A DNA stretch of 63,763 bases, filler included, from Octopus bimaculoides (lineage: Eukaryota), in assembly GCF_001194135.2 (NCBI RefSeq). It is 6 parts of 6 records of this genome, joined end to end, with 100 filler letters (N's around TTAATTAATTAA, not from the genome) between each part and the next. Parts side by side here need not be neighbours in the genome. Positions count along the whole stretch, not along the records: positions 58,105 to 63,763 come from NC_068984.1; 5 more parts are not named here. The stretch is one strand, 5' to 3'. The position numbers and the translations under genes were made by a program. The notes beneath the pieces were generated by a model, which was not told the origin of the DNA, ran no database searches, and saw nothing but the letters and a program-made list of their open reading frames with translations. The first letter of the stretch is position 1. Each line of letters begins with the position of its first letter. This document shows positions 61,540 through 63,763 of this stretch, in pieces.

Positions 61540-62169
61540 TAAGTCATGATTATGCAATTGATATTATGTAACTAATAATGTTAGTAAAACATGCCTAAGA
61601 TAGTGTGACTATATATCTTATGAACAATTTCTTGATTTTTACTTTATTTTCTGTGTAACACTTAAACCCAGATTTAATAACAAAGGATACAATTACAATA
61701 CATGAACGAAAATATACACTGCTTTTAGTACTAGTTATTTGTCACGCAATTTAAGGTTTTAAATGCATTGCATTAATATAAGCAACCTTGCCCGGATTTG
61801 TGCGTCGGAGGTGAACTTTCTAGTTGCAATCCCATGGTCATTCATGACCGAGAGTGCGGTCTTTACTTTTTTTATATATAACAAATCAAGCAATCGGCAA
61901 ATTGGACTGTTTATTGGTTCCCCTGTCCACCCTACAACTTTCATGTAACATCTTCCGATTTTTAATGAAGGACAGTCGCTGGAAACAACGATTTCATGAA
62001 TGTTTTCAAAGGGAATTCTGGAGTTGAGTTCAACGACCGTGCATCGCATGTGATGGAGGCTATGTTGATTTGTATCTTGGTATACAGGGAATTGTTAATC
62101 TAATCTAACTAAAACGTTATATCTATTTTTTCACTACTTTCATGCCAACACTCATGTGCGCAAGTGTGC

Positions 62170-62215
<46 letters not shown>

Positions 62216-62318
62216 ATACAGACACCCTGATATATGTATGTGCATACATATATATGTATGTATGTATGCACGTATGTATATGTATATATACAGAGAGAGG
62301 GGGAGATACATACATACA

Positions 62319-62349
<31 letters not shown>

Positions 62350-62726
62350 GTATATATATANNNNNNNNNNNNNNNNNNNNNNNNNNNNNNNNNNNNNNNN
62401 NNNNNNNNNNNNNNNNNNNNNNNNNNNNNNNNNNNNNNNNNNNNNNNNNNNNNNNNNNNNNNNNNNNNNNNNNNNNNNNNNNNNNNNNNNNNNNNNNNNN
62501 NNNNNNNNNNNNNNNNNNNNNNNNNNNNNNNNNNNNNNNNNNNNNNNNNNNNNNNNNNNNNNNNNNNNNNNNNNNNNNNNNNNNNNNNNNNNNNNNNNNN
62601 NNNNNNNNNNNNNNNNNNNNNNNNNNNNNNNNATTTGTACATATGCCCAAATGCGTATGTATATTTTTATATGTATGAATTTCTAAGCATATGTGTATAT
62701 GTATATGTGTGTGAGTGTGCGATTAC

Positions 62727-62771
<45 letters not shown>

Positions 62772-63763
62772 CACGTATATATATTGATGAATAGATAGAT
62801 ATGCATGTACGTACGTATGTATATTGCAGGTCATTTTGTCGATTACTGGATGAAGCCATTTCACTTTCTGTCTCTTACGCTATTGGCAGTGTGTGTGTGT
62901 GTGTGTATTTATGTATACGAATCAATTTTAGAAAGCCAATAAATTGCATTTTGAAGTTATTATTCTTTTTAATATCATTGATATTATCCTGTTTGGTGAG
63001 ACAGATCTTTTCCAAGAAGTAAACGAATTAAAGAAATTTGAAAAACAGTCCAGCTCCTGCTTGAAAACATACTTCAACAGCAAAACTACCTGATCCTACC
63101 TGATCATTTCCAGGCCGTCTCGTCTTTAAGAAGTAATCTCCTAACATGTTATCCAACTCTGTGTGTTCTGATATCAAGAGTAGCAAAGGGTTATTTTAAA
63201 TAGACCAACGATCTCGTTTGTTATTTCAGCAGGCGGTTACATTTCTTCCTGTGTGATGCAAAGCAATTGTTATAATATTAATTTTCTTCGATTAATATTT
63301 TGGACAATTCGACCAAGGGTAAGATAATTCGGAATTATTATTAAAATATACTAAAACAATCTTCTTTAAATTACTTTAATTACTTAATTCCATCAAAACG
63401 TTCTGTTGGACCAGAAATATTGTGGATAAAATGTCTAATAATATTATCTTGTGTTTTCCTTCTGAAACTGTTCGTATATAAATATATAAAATTGGCTATA
63501 TATATATATATATATATAATATATAGTTTTAGGGAAAATAACCAATTTTCAAGAACTCATCGATGAAAATCCACTATCACATATAGAAAAATTAATAATT
63601 AAAAGCACAATAAATGAGTATAATATAAAGTAAAGTAAATATCATAAGATAAATATAATAAAAAGATTACACGTGTTTCATAACTAATTTTCAAATAGAA
63701 AAGAAATTTAAATCGATTAAAATCAATTGAAATTATCGAAAATAAATTCTATTCAAAAATATA

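Noticed and set aside
61759-62049. 96-aa minus-strand ORF in non-repetitive sequence
   Set aside because: No recognisable domain or convincing splice sites; the length is within chance expectation.

Overview
Eukaryotic, AT-rich, microsatellite-saturated animal genomic DNA from a gapped draft assembly. The SINE repertoire and repeat style suggest a coleoid cephalopod such as Octopus; this is an inference, not checked. The only well-supported host coding sequence is three minus-strand exons (36374-36487, 34324-34494, 31106-31195). They encode interrupted Gly-X-Y collagen with split-Gly (phase-1) boundaries, i.e. a non-fibrillar, type IV-like chain; no other exons are visible. The rest is transposon debris: Gypsy gag-protease, RTE and R4/Dong-like LINE fragments, two Penelope-like fragments, a DD37D maT transposase, a deleted mariner, hAT/Tigger/unclassified MITEs, a possible Helitron remnant and at least four tRNA-derived SINE families. 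Nearly all ORFs in the supplied track are microsatellite or N-gap artefacts. I see no prokaryotic genes, CRISPR arrays, rRNA or true tRNA genes, and no clearly new multi-gene system. The most interesting signals are: a minimal hammerhead-ribozyme-like motif (14150-14189); a CpG-decayed block around the collagen exons; a cluster of retroelements stacked in (TAA)n; a TIR element with a 6-bp TSD carrying telomere-type repeats; and an exact 231-bp templated insertion. TE boundaries are approximate unless TSDs or TIRs are quoted.
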